This document shows positions 1 through 12,924 of a stretch of 64,000 nucleotides of DNA, piece after piece. Position numbers and translations under genes: made by a program. The stretch is from Octopus bimaculoides. Taxonomy: Eukaryota. The notes beneath the pieces were generated by a model, which worked only from the letters and a program-made list of their open reading frames with translations, did no database searches and was not told where the DNA came from. The stretch spans positions 67,321,408-67,385,407 of the forward strand of contig NC_068989.1 in assembly GCF_001194135.2 (NCBI RefSeq), in the 5' to 3' direction. Position 1 is the first letter of the stretch; each line of letters starts with the position of its first letter.

Positions 1-1114
1 TGTACATAAATCAACGAATAAAACACTTGACTTTTGAAGAGGTTTTTTCCAGTGTCTAATTTTACAAGCTAAATATCTTTGCCATAGATACTACTTGTGA
101 CAGGATTACGAACCATTGACCGACAGCACGCTATTGACCTGATCAGCTCTCTTGCATAACTACTCCTTGTTAAAGACAAACTATACAATGCACTTGGCTT
201 CTTTATACACCTTTTGCAGGGAGTCACGCATAAAAATTAAAAAAAAAAAAAAAAGTCTCCCACATATTTTATGATTCTCAGTTGGCTGCTTTTTGTCAGA
301 TTAACAAAGCACTAAATGAATTGAAATTTATGTTTTACTTAGTTCCGAGTTGTAAAAGTGTTCAGGTTTTGAAAGGACATTTTCGACAAGTTGGCGAGCT
401 TGTTTTTTACTTAGTACTTTAACGGATCTGCCACTTATAATTTCAAAGAACGAGTTTTATCTATTGAACATTTGTTTGCCATAATTTTTTTGTAAGGTAT
501 GAAATGCTTTTTTTAAAAAAATAAATGAAACGTTCACTTAACAATGGGTTCATAATACTTGTCTTAGAGCTGTATCTCGATAGTTACATGAGATGAATCG
601 AGGTTAGAATAGGAGACTCCTGTTTCAGATGATATTTTGAGAAGATCTCGTACTACAGGCTCTAAATAAGTTAAGGTATGTAAAATACCCCTGCATACAT
701 AGATGTCTGCAGTATGAACCCATGACAGATTTTAAGTCTAATAGTTTTCTGTTTTTCATTTAGCTTAAATTTATTGGTACTCACATTGCACACCAGTGCA
801 CATATTGTTGTTGCTTAGTGCCAAGTATTCCAACCATGATCGTCCCATAGCTTTAGTGTTTCAGTGTACTTTTGGACCACATCATCCAGTGTCATTTCTC
901 AAAGAGAGATTTGAGGAAGATTTGGTTGTTACTTTTAGCTAAGTGATTAACCATATAGCGATTTTCTCATTGGCTCATCAATGGGCATGTAGGGATCTGA
1001 AGTAGCTTGAAATTTCACTTAAGTAATGTTTATTTCAATAAATGTTGAACAGAAAAAACAAATCTTAAAGCAATATCTAATGCAAATGTTAATCAGCAAT
1101 TTTTTTATAGTTAC

Positions 1115-1315
1115 TTTGACCTGGCAATGTTTTAACTTGTGGAGGCTAATCAGGCAGTATTTTCACTTGTGAATGTTAACCAGGCAATATACTTGTGGAG
1201 GTTGACTGGGCAATGTTTTTGGCTTGTGGAGGTTGACTGGGCAATGTTTTAACTTATGGAAGGTGATCAGGCGATATTTTTGCTTGTGGCAGTTGACTGG
1301 GCAATGTTTTAAATT
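1115..1315 (+). repeat. Diverged ~30-bp minisatellite, about 7 units
   Basis: Recurrent ggcaatgtttt..cttgtggaggttgact. Confidence 0.8.
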
Positions 1316-2639
1316 GCAGCACTAGTAATTTCAAATTAGTGAATATCAGTTGTGAATTTCCCCAAAATGTATTACATATTAACTTGTATTTGATATGCTT
1401 AGGACAGAAAGCATTTCAGATGCTTCTATTTGAATTTCACAATATGAGTGCAATTGATCTGATGAACATGCTTTTGTGGTAGCAGTCTTACTTTCATATA
1501 ATACCACAGGATTTCTTGCTCTGTGATATACGCATGTTGCTCTCACCCTCAATAAGTTCACACATTTTGACCATGTTACCTATGGAGCACCATTTCCACT
1601 GTGGACCATATCATCATCATCTGAATTGGGGATTGTTTCTTCTGTTTCACCATCTGTCATGTAATGAAAAATTGAAATGTCATTATCAATGTTTATAATG
1701 AAGACACATAGGTTTGATTTTTGGATTGGGTGGTGTGTTACATCCTTGAGCAAGGCACTTCATTTCATGTTGCTTCAGTTTGCTTATCTGGAAATGAGTA
1801 TGAGCTGAGTGTTGATGTAACTCTCTCTCTCTCTGGCTGTCATCTTCTGAATGTGCCTCTGAGTCAAAGGGTGAGAGAGTGAAGAGAGTCTCTGTGTCTG
1901 CTCATGACTAATTAGGAACTGAAAACAATTAGTGAAAGCATGACACATGTTACTCAACCATACTCATTTATGGGTGATAGTTGGCTCATTATTGATGTCA
2001 AAAACATATCCATCATCTCCGGTGTGGACTGACTATAGTTTTTGCATATGTAAAGAGATCTAGTGACATCATTATCGCATTTGGTACATGGAATCCTTCA
2101 AATTCATCACCGAACATAGTGTTATGTATGTCTAAGAGTGTTAGTTATTTGGTCCAATATATTGACAACTTCGTATGTAGTATCCTTTCACAGTAAATTC
2201 CTGTTAGAAGTCTTCCACACCTGTGCCTCTGTTCACAACTGCCAGCATGTCATTCAAGAAGCTGTACATCATCTAGAAATCTTTGAGTGATTTCCAGGAA
2301 TTTTCTATTTGTGGTGCTTGTTTCAGAAATTTAGATTTTGGAGGTTTGGGATTTGGGAATTTTGGTTAGAGGATAATCAATCTGTACTTCCTTTATTTCA
2401 TTAAAGTGTAATGCAAAGAGATACACAAGTATTTTGGGCTCCCTTTGAATAAAAAAAAAAGAGCAGCATTATTAATGAATCAGTATCCAAATTTCAGAAC
2501 AAACCACTTTTCATGCTTTTTCTAAGGAAAATGAAATCTACATAAAAAACAACAATAAAAAACAAAATACGAAATAAAGAATAATGGATGTTGGAAGACA
2601 AACTGGCAATTGTCATGTTTCTAAACAAAACATCACTCT

Positions 2640-2925
2640 GTGTTAAAAAGTTCAATTCCCAACCACATGATTTCAGGCAGGTTCAGTCCCATTGCATGGT
2701 ATCTTGGGCAAGTGTCTTCTATTATAGTTCCATACCAACCAAAGCCTTGGATAATCGTAAACAAGCATCCATATCATACAAGCAGCGGTTTTCATTTCTA
2801 GTCTTTCATCAAAATTTGTCCAGGTGAGGGTTGCTGACTAGAAGGGTATCCAGCCTTAAAAATTCTGTCGCATTGAGTTCTGATGACCCATGCAAGCTTA
2901 GAAAAGTGATTGTTAAACTATGAGG
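2640..2925 (+). mobile_element. SINE S1 head with ATG-tail body
   Basis: tgttaaaaagttcaattcccaaccacatg...ggttcagtcccattgcatggtatcttgggcaagtgtcttct...caggtgagggttg...acccatgcaagc. Confidence 0.65.
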
Positions 2926-3069
2926 ATATCCTATTTTAATTTAAAATTTTCCATTCCCTACTTCTTGATAGCATATTAAAGATCACTTCCATATTCAATG
3001 TAAATCTACAAATTTGTAAAGTTTGAATTTGTTTAGAAAGAATTTAAAATTCAGTCTATCATTATCTAC

Positions 3070-3385
3070 AGCCTGTTACCCTTTTTATTACCAGGCTCAC
3101 TTGTTTCCAATCAAGATGACATTTCCCCATAGCTTGTAACACTCATTTATAACTATCATGTGATGTCAAGATGAGACGCATGCAAACACACACACACACA
3201 CACAAGTATACACACACATACATACATGATGGGCTTTCAGTTTCCATCTACCAGATCCATTCACAAAGCTTTGCTTGGGCCTGGGTTAAAGTAGAAGACA
3301 TTTGTCATAAGTGCAATTCAGTGGAACTGAATGCGAAACTGTGTTTGGGAAACAAACTTCTTAATGACACAAGCCATGTCTGTGC
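3070..3385 (-). mobile_element. SINE S1 copy
   Basis: tttccatctaccagatccattcacaaagctttg...gtagaagacatttg...cagtggaactgaa; internal (CA)n. Confidence 0.7.
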
Positions 3386-4304
3386 CTTTAATGAAAAATT
3401 TTGAATCTAAAATCTTGTGATAATTTCTGAAGATTTTACCAGGTTTATTTATTTCTGAGAACACAAGTTTTTTTTTATCTCTAACGGGAAGTACTTTTTG
3501 CACATCATAATTGAACACTAAAAGCTTTGTTCATTATTTGTAGCAATCATAATTACGGAGGAAGTTTGTAATATTAATGTTGTTTCTCTTCTGTTTATTC
3601 ATTATTTATGAATAGAGTTGATGCAACAGCAACTGTACTTCAGCTACCAATAGACAAAGGATTTGAGTTAATGTATCCTCTCCTGGAAAAGGCAATTCTA
3701 TTCAAAGTAAATCTCATTCTGTGGTAAATAACTTTAAAATAAGCATATGTTGTTCAGTTAATTTTTAATTTATGTCGGAAGACTGTTTATTAAAATCAGA
3801 GATGATAATTTATGACATTTTTTAGTTTTAATATCAGACAAAAAGAAACTATTCTAAAAAAAATTCATAATTATTAAGAATATTTTTTTAACAGTTTGTT
3901 TGACTAGACAAAAATATTAAACTAGTTACAAGGATGTCTAATTTTAATACAATGTTTCTACATAATTTGAAATTAAGCGTTAAATACATTTAACTATTCT
4001 CCATAGAATTTGTTTTTGTTTGAGAAAGTCCAAACACTATTTTTAGCTGAATGTTTACATGATGGTATAAAAAATGGGAATTATATTAGTATTTTAGTTA
4101 CTGCAGCAGATTAATTAACTTTGTAATTAACATTGAGAGGTAATAATCATGAGCAAGTTTTAACTTAGAAATGGTTTCTGAATTGCTTCCTGGATTGTCC
4201 AGAGAATATTGTCTCCTGAAACTTACAAGTTAATTTCTGTGGTTACATTTACAGAGTGAGCTTTGTAACATTATTACTTGAATAATTTAAGTTGTTACCT
4301 ACCA

Positions 4305-4655
4305 TCAAAAAAAAAAGTTTGCTTCTCAACCACATAGTTTCAGGTTCAGTCCTACTCTGTGGCACCTTGGTTAAGTATCTTTCACTATATGAGCCCAGGC
4401 TGTCCAAAGCCTTAAGAGTGGATTTGTTAGGCAGAAACAGGAACAAGCCTGTTGCGTGTATTTATCTTTGATATCACATGATATACTTGTAGTGTCATTT
4501 GTTTCCGGTCCTCCATGAAAATGTGGCCATGAGAAAATATCACCTTTCTTGAAAACAGGTGAGGATTGGCATCTGGTTTTGGAAACTCTGCATCAGTAAA
4601 ACCCATCAAGCAAGCATGGAAAATTGGATGCTAAATCATGATAATGATGATGAAA
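4305..4655 (+). mobile_element. SINE S1 head with ATG-tail body
   Basis: aagtttgcttctcaaccacatag...ggttcagtcc...caagcatggaaaattggatgctaaatcatgataatgatgatga. Confidence 0.7.
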
Positions 4656-5884
4656 TAGCCTTACTTTTGTAAAGTGGAGAGATGTACATATTATTAACAT
4701 CTATAAATATTAGTATTGCCTCTTTGCATTCACTGTTGCAAAGTTGTCTCTAATCTGACAATAAGTTTTCTCTAGGCCTTGTTCTTTTTGATGTTTTCAT
4801 TTCTTTTTAGGCTACCTTTGCTGAATGTCAGGTGATTGCATAAGACTGTAAGAGATAGGTATATGTAGCTTGTTACAGTTTCTTGTGACCTGCTACTGCT
4901 TTAAAGAAATGCATCATAGCAATGCTATCAGACGATTCTGTATATTCCCCCTATTCCTCCAATAAGAAACTGTGTGAACTTTTGTAATATTAAGGCTCAG
5001 TTGAATGTAGCCACATCTTGTGTAGTGTGTATATTGCCGGTTTTGTTTGCCCACCGAATACCAGGAAGGATGTGTAGCTGTTAGCAATGGAAAGAATCCC
5101 GTTTTACAACCTTGTTTCTTGTCAAACCTGCATTGTGAAAGAGCACAGGTCATATGATTTGCATTGTCAATTTTCAGGTAGAGCTATGCTTATGAGTTTA
5201 CATTTCAGTCATAGAGACCATGTAAATTTGAATACAGCTACTGCTGGCTTTTACCTTCATGTTATATGGCTGGTCTTGTGAAAAGAGATTCAATTTTGTG
5301 TTGTCTCCATTTCTTATGTCTTCATTACAGCTGTTGGTGATAAATTTCATATTCCTTGTGTTTAGGAACCATTTTGTGAATGCCCCTGCAGTGGCCTCTT
5401 TCACAATGTGTAAAACTCTTTCCATTGCTATCATTTTGAACTAAGTTAAACTTAAAATAGTATGTTGCAATGTTAAATTTACAATAGTTATATATTTATC
5501 TCCACTTAAAAGGCAATTATTTTTATAATAGTTATATTACAGAAACATCCTAGTTTTAGCAACTTATTAATTTTTACCAAAATATAAGCAAATGTTTACC
5601 TGTATTTTTGTCTAGATATTCATTGGCTGAATTTGGTACTCAGAAATATTTCATGTTATCTTACACCTGAAAACATTGATACACATCTCATTTATTTATT
5701 TAGTTGCACTGTTGTCTTTCTATTGTTATTTTATAGATGTAGTACTGTTTTTTTAATGATGACACTACAGGTTTGGGCACTTGGGATTCAAATTCAGAGC
5801 ACTGATACCTAATTGGTCTTTATCTAAATGAAAATTATCCACTATATGTAGATGTGAATCAGAGACAAAACAGTCACTATTGAT

Positions 5885-6105
5885 TGTATCAGGCTTAGTG
5901 GTTAGTGTATTGGGGTTACAATCATAAGGTCATGGGTTTGATTCCTGCACTGGACTTAGTGTTGGTGTAACCGTCTCCTTCCAGCTGTCACATTCTTGAT
6001 ACTCCATTGGGTGAAGTGGAGAGAGAGTCAAGAGAGTATCTATATGTTTGCAACTAACAGGTGCCTTACACAATTAGTGAAAGCATGGTACATGTTACTA
6101 GGTCA
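5885..6105 (+). mobile_element. tRNA-head SINE fragment
   Basis: ggcttagtggttagtgtattgggg...ggtcatgggtttgattcctg (A and B boxes); tail caattagtgaaagcatg..acatgttact shared with 1725-1960. Confidence 0.55.
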
Positions 6106-6219
6106 TACTTTGAAGGTTATGGTTTTATGGGCATTAAGTTTAACATAAGCTAAAGAAGACTTATAATAAAATTTAACAAAATAAAACATTTTAAATATCA
6201 TTTTTAAGTGAACTGTAAT

Positions 6220-6706
6220 CATCATCATCGTTGTCGTTTAACATCCGCTTTCCATGCTGGCATGGGTTGGACGGTTTGACTGAGGACTGGCAAGCCAGAA
6301 GGCTGCACCAGGCTCCAATCTGATCTGGCAAAGTTTCTACAGTTGGATGCCCTTCCTAATATGAACCACTATGAGAGTGTAGTGGGTGCTTTTATGTGCC
6401 ACCGGCATGAGGGCCAGTCAGGCAGTTCTAGCAATGACCATGCTCAAAATGGTATTTTTTACGTGCATGGGAGCCAGTCCTGCGACATTGGCAACGACCA
6501 CGCTCGAATGTTGTTTTTCATGTGCCAGTAAGGCGACACTCGCAACGATCACACTCAAATGGTGCTTTTTACATGCCACCGACACAGGGGTGACTGTGGG
6601 TGGGGGGCAATCAGCAACCCTGGCAATGATCATGCTCAGATGGTGCTTTTAATGTCCACTGGCATGAGTGCCAATCAGGTGGTACTGTCATCGGCCACGT
6701 CAGCGA
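6220..6706 (-). mobile_element. ATG-tail SINE-like element with internal ~55-60 bp tandem array
   Basis: catcatcatcgttgtcgtttaacatccgctttccatgctggcatgggttggacgg...gatgcccttcc..., followed by four ggcaacgaccacgctc..aatggtgctttt..gtgcca units. Confidence 0.75.
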
Positions 6707-8218
6707 GATTTTCCTAAGCATAAAATTTATAAAGAAATCGGTTTTTCTTTTAAGAAAATATTCCATTATTAATTTTATGGCTATTGATTTAAAGTCTGTT
6801 ATAGTGTGTTCTATGCTTAATTGAAAAATAGTTCTTTCCCATTTTGTATTCATTGTTTAGTGTAAAGAAGGATCTTAAATTATAATGATTAGATCTGGTA
6901 GCTTAATATGCAAATTTGTGGACATATTTGCATCATACTTGGATGAACTTTGGTGAATCATTCAGCTTTTCCAGTGGAATCTCTGTCACTGGCCAGATCA
7001 GACACAATTTGAAGTCGGTCTACATTCCATTAATAAAGACTGTTAGACAGTTGCTGATCAGTGAAAGATTTGTTTCAATAACTTGCCATGTTTTCAGTTG
7101 TCTGTCAATGTGGTGATGTCAACCTAAATATGAAGTTCATTGTCAACAGCATTGACGGTTTCTGGAGTATCTAAACATTCAAGGCTGCTAAATCTGCAAA
7201 GTTGTTAGGTTCTGATTTGCAACAACTATAGTGTACAGAGTAATGCTTTTTGAAGGTAATATATCTACACCTGTTCAATGAGGCATACATCTGGCGTGCT
7301 TCTCAAACATTAATCACTGAACACTCAGACATCCTTGGCTCATTCATGCACTTCTGCTTTAAATAGTTTTAGAGAAGACTTGAGAGTAAGCCAGCTCTTA
7401 GATCACATGGAATTTTGTGGATCCTATAATTTCCTTTTGGGACTCCTAATCTGGACATCAAACTCAAGTGAAGTTTGTACTTATCAACCTTGTGCTTTGA
7501 TTAGCTGGTGGGAATTAAAAGCCCAAGTAAATGAACTCACTTGATGTAGTTGTATGCCGGTGAGGACATTTTACTTGCTTGTAAAATTAACTGATAATAC
7601 TTCGATTATGGTAAAATTTAACTTTTAGACAAACCCACTTTGAAACATCCACAAGTGTATTCAATATGATTTAATGATCAATGCCATTGCACAGAGTTTC
7701 TGGAGGTGTGGTGTGGGTTATTTCAAAGTAGGGCATAAGTAACAAAAAAATAAAACTTGCAATAAAATTCCAATTAAAACTTGGATACATAGTGTACAGC
7801 AGGAAAACTTACTCTTGTTGCTTTGATACTTATTCGCTAATGAAGCTAGGTAAATAGTAACAATGTCTTCACGTAGCTAATGTTTTACAGTTTTTTTATT
7901 TTCCAGTTACCATTGTGGTTTGGACTGGTGCACATTGTGCTTTTGTTTTTTAAATGTTTGTCAGCCTGTAAAATGTCGGAGGTTTTTTTTTGCCACTCCT
8001 TGTATATCTGTTGTTGGGTATTTTGTCCATTCATGGTTGGGTGTACAAATTTTTTTTTTTGTTTGTTTGAAAATTGAAGTTGGGCGTGGGACTAAAATAA
8101 ATTAAGGAACACTGTCAATAAGGGCAGTAGACAACAACTAGTAAATCACACAATTGATCAAGATTGGGAGAGTACACATTTTTATCTAATGCCACTTATC
8201 TCAAATAATATACCTTAC

Positions 8219-8287
8219 TTCTGTGTTACATTGTCTGGGTGGTAGAGAGAGAGCCTTTCTCTATCACCCAGACAATGTAACACAGGA
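8219..8287. other. Near-perfect 30-bp hairpin
   Basis: 8221-8250 pairs with 8256-8285 (two G-T wobbles); 5-nt loop gagcc. Confidence 0.85.
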
Positions 8288-9826
8288 TGTTTAGGTTTTG
8301 ACATGAATAATTTTGTCTGTGCAAAGGTACCTAATAAGTATTGGCATGTGCTGCTTAGTTCACAAAATTACATATTGCAGACATATCCTGTATGGAGATT
8401 TTGGTCAACATCAGCAAAGAATTGTGGACAGCTATAGTTTGCATGTGGAGACGTTAAGCTTTCACAGTTCTCTTATGTATCTGAAGAGACAATTAATGAA
8501 GACATAGAAAGAGGAGAAAAAATAGAAATTTACAGAAAAGTTGGATTCTAAATTTACACTCATCAACATCATCAATACCATTTAAATGTCCATGTTGGCA
8601 TGTGTTGAATGGATTGAAAAGATCTGATGGGTCCAAAGCTTTCATTGTGCTCCTGTCTACTTCAGATTGCATATCAAGCTAATGACATAATAAACTTTTT
8701 TAAACTAAGTTATGGTTAATATTCTTAAATGACTTAACCACAATCTAACTTACAATAAATTGATTAGATGCAGCCATGGGTGTATGGTTAAGAAGTACAC
8801 ATTGGGACTGTGTGATTTGGGGTTTGATCCAACTGTGAATGTTGTTGATTGGCATTCTATGCTATACATGCAAATTAATAACACTTTGAGAGTGAATGTG
8901 GTTGACAGAAACTGAAGAAGCCTGTCATGTGTTTGTGTGTTTGTAAATGTATTTGCAGTATCTGTGAGCAATTTTTTGTGAGTTTGTATTTCCCTTTGTT
9001 TTCATGCGTTTGCTGATTGTAAACAACTTCCACTGGTTTTGTTCTTTGCATGTAGCCAACCATGAAAGTATGTCTTATCTTCTTAGTAAGTTTTTGTTTT
9101 CAGTTTTTTTTTATCATGTAACTATGCCAAGGTTGTTTATTTTCCCGTAGTAGGGGATTATTATCTTGCTTGGAAATGGGTGAGGGTTGGTGGCAGGAAA
9201 AGCATCTGGCCATAGAAAATTTGCTTCAATAAATTCTGTGCAAGCATGGAAAAGTGAATTTTGAAATAATGGTGTTGATAACAAATACTTCTCTTCCCAA
9301 CAAATTATCTTAAGCATTAAAAAGGCATCTTATCATCATTATCTATCCCTTGCAGTTCTTACTGATCCTTTTCTCTTTGTCCTCTTTTCCCCTACAAATA
9401 TGTGTAGTTGCCATGCAGATCCTCCACAAGTACTTGTTCTCCCCATGCTTCCATTTATCATAGTAATCCCCTTGTTCTTTAGCATGAAGTTGCCCTCCCC
9501 CCAACCTTCTCCATGGTTTGTAAACCTCTAATCTGTATGGCAATTCAATAGTGCAGGTAGCACAAAAATAAAAAGCACTTAGTCCACACTATAAAGTGGT
9601 CAGTGTTAGGAAGGGCATCCAACCCTATACACCATGCCAAAGCAAACATTGGAGCATGATACAGTCCTTTGGTACACAGGTTCCTCTCAAATCAGTCAAC
9701 TTTTGACAACATGGGCATTAAATGATGATGATGATATTTATGTACATCTTCCTCTTATATGTACCTTATATTGTTTTATGCATCTTCTTGATTGCCTGCT
9801 GTTTGGTACTTAGTCCTTTTCTGTGT

Positions 9827-10290
9827 ACTGAGTCAATTTTGCTGAAGGCTCAGTTATGCTAGACTGGTCAAGTCATCAGAATGACTGACAACTGTGTACC
9901 CAGACAGCTGTTGTACAACAAGCTCATGCGGGGCTCATGCAAACAAGGAAGGCCTAAACTGAGGTACAAGGGCACCTTGAAAAGCCACCTCACATGAAGC
10001 GGCATTAACTAGTCCATGCAAACATGAAGCCTCTGCTGCAGACAGATCAGCATGGAAGTCACTCGCCTCACAAGCAGCAGCTGCCTTCAAAGAGGACTGG
10101 TAACAACATCTCACTGCTGCAAGAGAAAGACGTCATGGGACAGTGTTCATCTCAGTCCAGTCAACAGACTACCGTTTTGACATCTGTGGGCACTTGTGTT
10201 CTTCCAGCTTTGGATTGTAGAGTCACATGCACGCTCATCGCTGAGAACACAGATTTTGTCATTGTTGGACACTGGTTCAGTTCTGCATGA
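9827..10290 (+). mobile_element. RTE-BovB-type LINE 3' fragment (decayed ORF2 C-terminus)
   Basis: Translates as TESILLKAQLC*TGQVIRMTDNCVPRQLLYNKLMRGSCKQGRPKLRYKGTLK...AADRSAWKSL...FDICGHLCSSSFGL*SHMHAH, the RTE-BovB C-terminus with a decayed C2H2 finger. Confidence 0.8.
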
Positions 10291-10377
10291 CACCTTGAGA
10301 AAGTTCCTTCTGTTATGTCCCTGGGTTGACTTGAAACCTTGTGACTGGATTTGGTAGATGGAAACTGAAACAAGCTT

Positions 10378-10848
10378 ACTCTTTACTCTCTCTTTTACTT
10401 GTTTCAGTCATTTGACTGTGGCCATGCTGGGACACCGCCATTAGTCGAGCAAATCGACCCCAGGACTTATTCTTTGTGAGCCTAGTACTTATTCTATCGG
10501 TTCTTTTGCCAAACCGCTAAGTTACGGGGGACGTAAACACACCAGCATCGGTTGTCAAGCGATGTTGGGGGACAAACACGGACACAAACATACACACACA
10601 CATACACATATATACATATATATATACGACGGGCTTCTTTCAGTTTCCGTCTACCAAATCCACTCAAGGCTTTGGTCGACCCGAGTTTATAGTAGAAGAC
10701 ACTTGCCCAAGGTNNNNNNNNNNCTCAAGGCTTTGGTCGACCCGAGTTTATAGTAGAAGACACTTGCCCAAGGTGCCATGCAGTGGGACTGAACCCGGAA
10801 CCTTGTGGTTTGTAAGCAAGCTACTTACCACACAGCCACTCCTACGCC
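10378..10848 (-). mobile_element. tRNA-derived SINE (family S1), young CpG-rich copy
   Basis: Reverse complement starts ggcgtaggagtggctgtgtggtaagtagcttgctt...ggttccgggttcagtcccactgc (A/B-box-like), then a TA/TG microsatellite, body and aaagagt tail; spans a 10-N gap. Confidence 0.85.
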
Positions 10849-11120
10849 TGTTACACTCCTAAATATTTAAAGATCTCTTTTAAAGCCAAGACGATGCAAA
10901 TTATAAGAAATGATACAAGTTGATGGTTTGTACTTTTACCTTGTATTTCAATACTTCACCTTGCTTTCCTTTGTCTGACAGTCTGAGAAAGGTGAACATG
11001 CGAAAAAATGACCAAGCATAGAAGTATCAAGTTTTATTGCTATTAATCTGTGTTATAGTATTTTTATTAGGGCTTAGAAATTGAGCCCTCAATTCCTCCA
11101 TTATTTATCGACTCTGTCTA

Positions 11121-11536
11121 TTCTTTTACTCTTTTACGTGTTTCAGTTATTGGACTGTGGCTATGCTGGGGCACTGCCCTATCAGATCAGTTGAACAAAT
11201 TAACCCCCAGTACTTTTACTATCAGATTCTTTTGCTAAGCTGCTAAACTACGGAGATATAAACAAACCAACACTTGTTAATTGGTGAGGGGACAAACACA
11301 AAGACTCACACACAAATGTATATTTATCATTTACTGTCCGTCTTCTATACTGGCATGCGATGGATGGTTTATGTATGTATGTATATATGATGAGCTTCCA
11401 TGTAGTTTTTACCTACCAAATTCAGTCATAAGGCATTGGTTGGCCTTGGGTTATAATAGAAGACATTTGTCCAAGATGCTGCCCATTGTGACTGAACTCA
11501 GAACCACATGGTTGTGAAGCAAACTTAACTACAACC
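11121..11536 (-). mobile_element. SINE S1, older copy
   Basis: Same head and body as 10378-10848 with CpG decay. Confidence 0.75.
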
Positions 11537-12119
11537 GTTTGTATATTTGTGATAAATTTTTGTTTATATATTTTTATGGTTAGCAAGTAATTGCTACAGT
11601 AATGAGTGTGCTATAATAAGCACAGTAATTAGAAAAAAGTTGGACTCATCGATTGGATTCAAAGTAACAGTTTCATCTGACTTGGTTACTATGGCCATCA
11701 TTTTAAAAAGTATTGATTCTCAAAACAATGGAAAGGCCACCTATCTAAGAAATATATAATTCTTCAAATACTTTTTCCTGATTTTTTTCTTTTTAATCAT
11801 CTGCAAAAAAAGCAAACAAAATTTTTAACGAATCTGTTATTTTTTTGTTCTGGAATCATTGATATCAACATTTTCTGTATTTGTTTCTAATTGTCTTCAG
11901 ATGTCATATTTTTGTATACTTACATTGCACTTAGTCTTGGATTGTAATGTAGGAAATAAATATGTCGGAAAGCCAGGAGTAACAGACAAGTGGCTTACTA
12001 CAACACAGAAAGTGTTTTAACCAAAACAGTGGAACAAAAAACAAGTTAATAAATAATCTTTTTGATCTTTGTTTCAATGAATCGAGAACTATAGAAATAT
12101 CATAACCTCAGATGTTATA

Positions 12120-12346
12120 TTAACCCTTTTGTTACTATCAGATGATGAAATACACTGCTTTAATTTCATTAATTTTGAAAATAATCCAGAATTTAGTAAA
12201 ATAACTTTTTAATTATTAAGCCAGTATTTGGAACATAAATTAACATGAAATTTTGATGGAATGCTTAAATTCAGATCATTTTAAAACAGGAAGTTTGTAT
12301 CGTGGAACCAAAGGCATCTCAGATGTCTTGGTATCAAAAGGGTTAA
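12120..12346 (+). mobile_element. piggyBac-like MITE, family A, intact copy
   Basis: TTAA at both ends with TIRs TTAACCCTTTTGTTAC / GTATCAAAAGGGTTAA; non-coding AT-rich interior shared with five other copies in the window. Confidence 0.75.
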
Positions 12347-12924
12347 TGTGATATTGATAAAGAAGTCGCACAATTGTCAAAGACAATGCTACATCAACAT
12401 TAAATGTTAAATTTCACTATATGTCATTTCAGCTTCAGATTGAGCTGTGTCATCTGTACTATTTTTTTTACTTAAGTATTAATAATACATTAATCATTTT
12501 TCCTCTCCTTTAAATATTAGTCTGTTTATTAAAAAAAAAATCCATATAAATACTAAATATATGACTTGAGGTTCTAATTATTTAAAAAAAAAAGGATTTA
12601 TTTTTATACTTACAAATTCTTAATTTTTTTTATTACAGATCAATTGGATTGCTAAATTCTATTTAGGTCACCTACAGCATCAAGTAAGAATTATTAGATT
12701 TTTTTTTTACTTGTATGATTTTTAGGTCAGACTTGTACATCAGATGTTATCAACTATGAATCTAGTGTATGATCTGTATAATTTGTTGCAGTCTGACATC
12801 TAGCTCATCACTATATTTTTTGTGTTGTTGAATGTTGCTTTTGTGGTTAAATTTGTCATCGATATCATTTGCAATGTGATTGGATTAATTAGACCTTGTA
12901 TCAGAAAATGTGAGGAGATGCAAG

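Noticed and set aside
4811-4858. Possible UTR exon after ttctttttag, with three nearby GT donors
   Set aside because: Donors are ambiguous and weaker than those at 12684 and 32930; cannot be separated from chance.
10663-10774. Exact 51-bp direct repeat (10663-10713 and 10724-10774)
   Set aside because: It flanks a 10-N gap exactly; this is an unmerged contig overlap, not biology.
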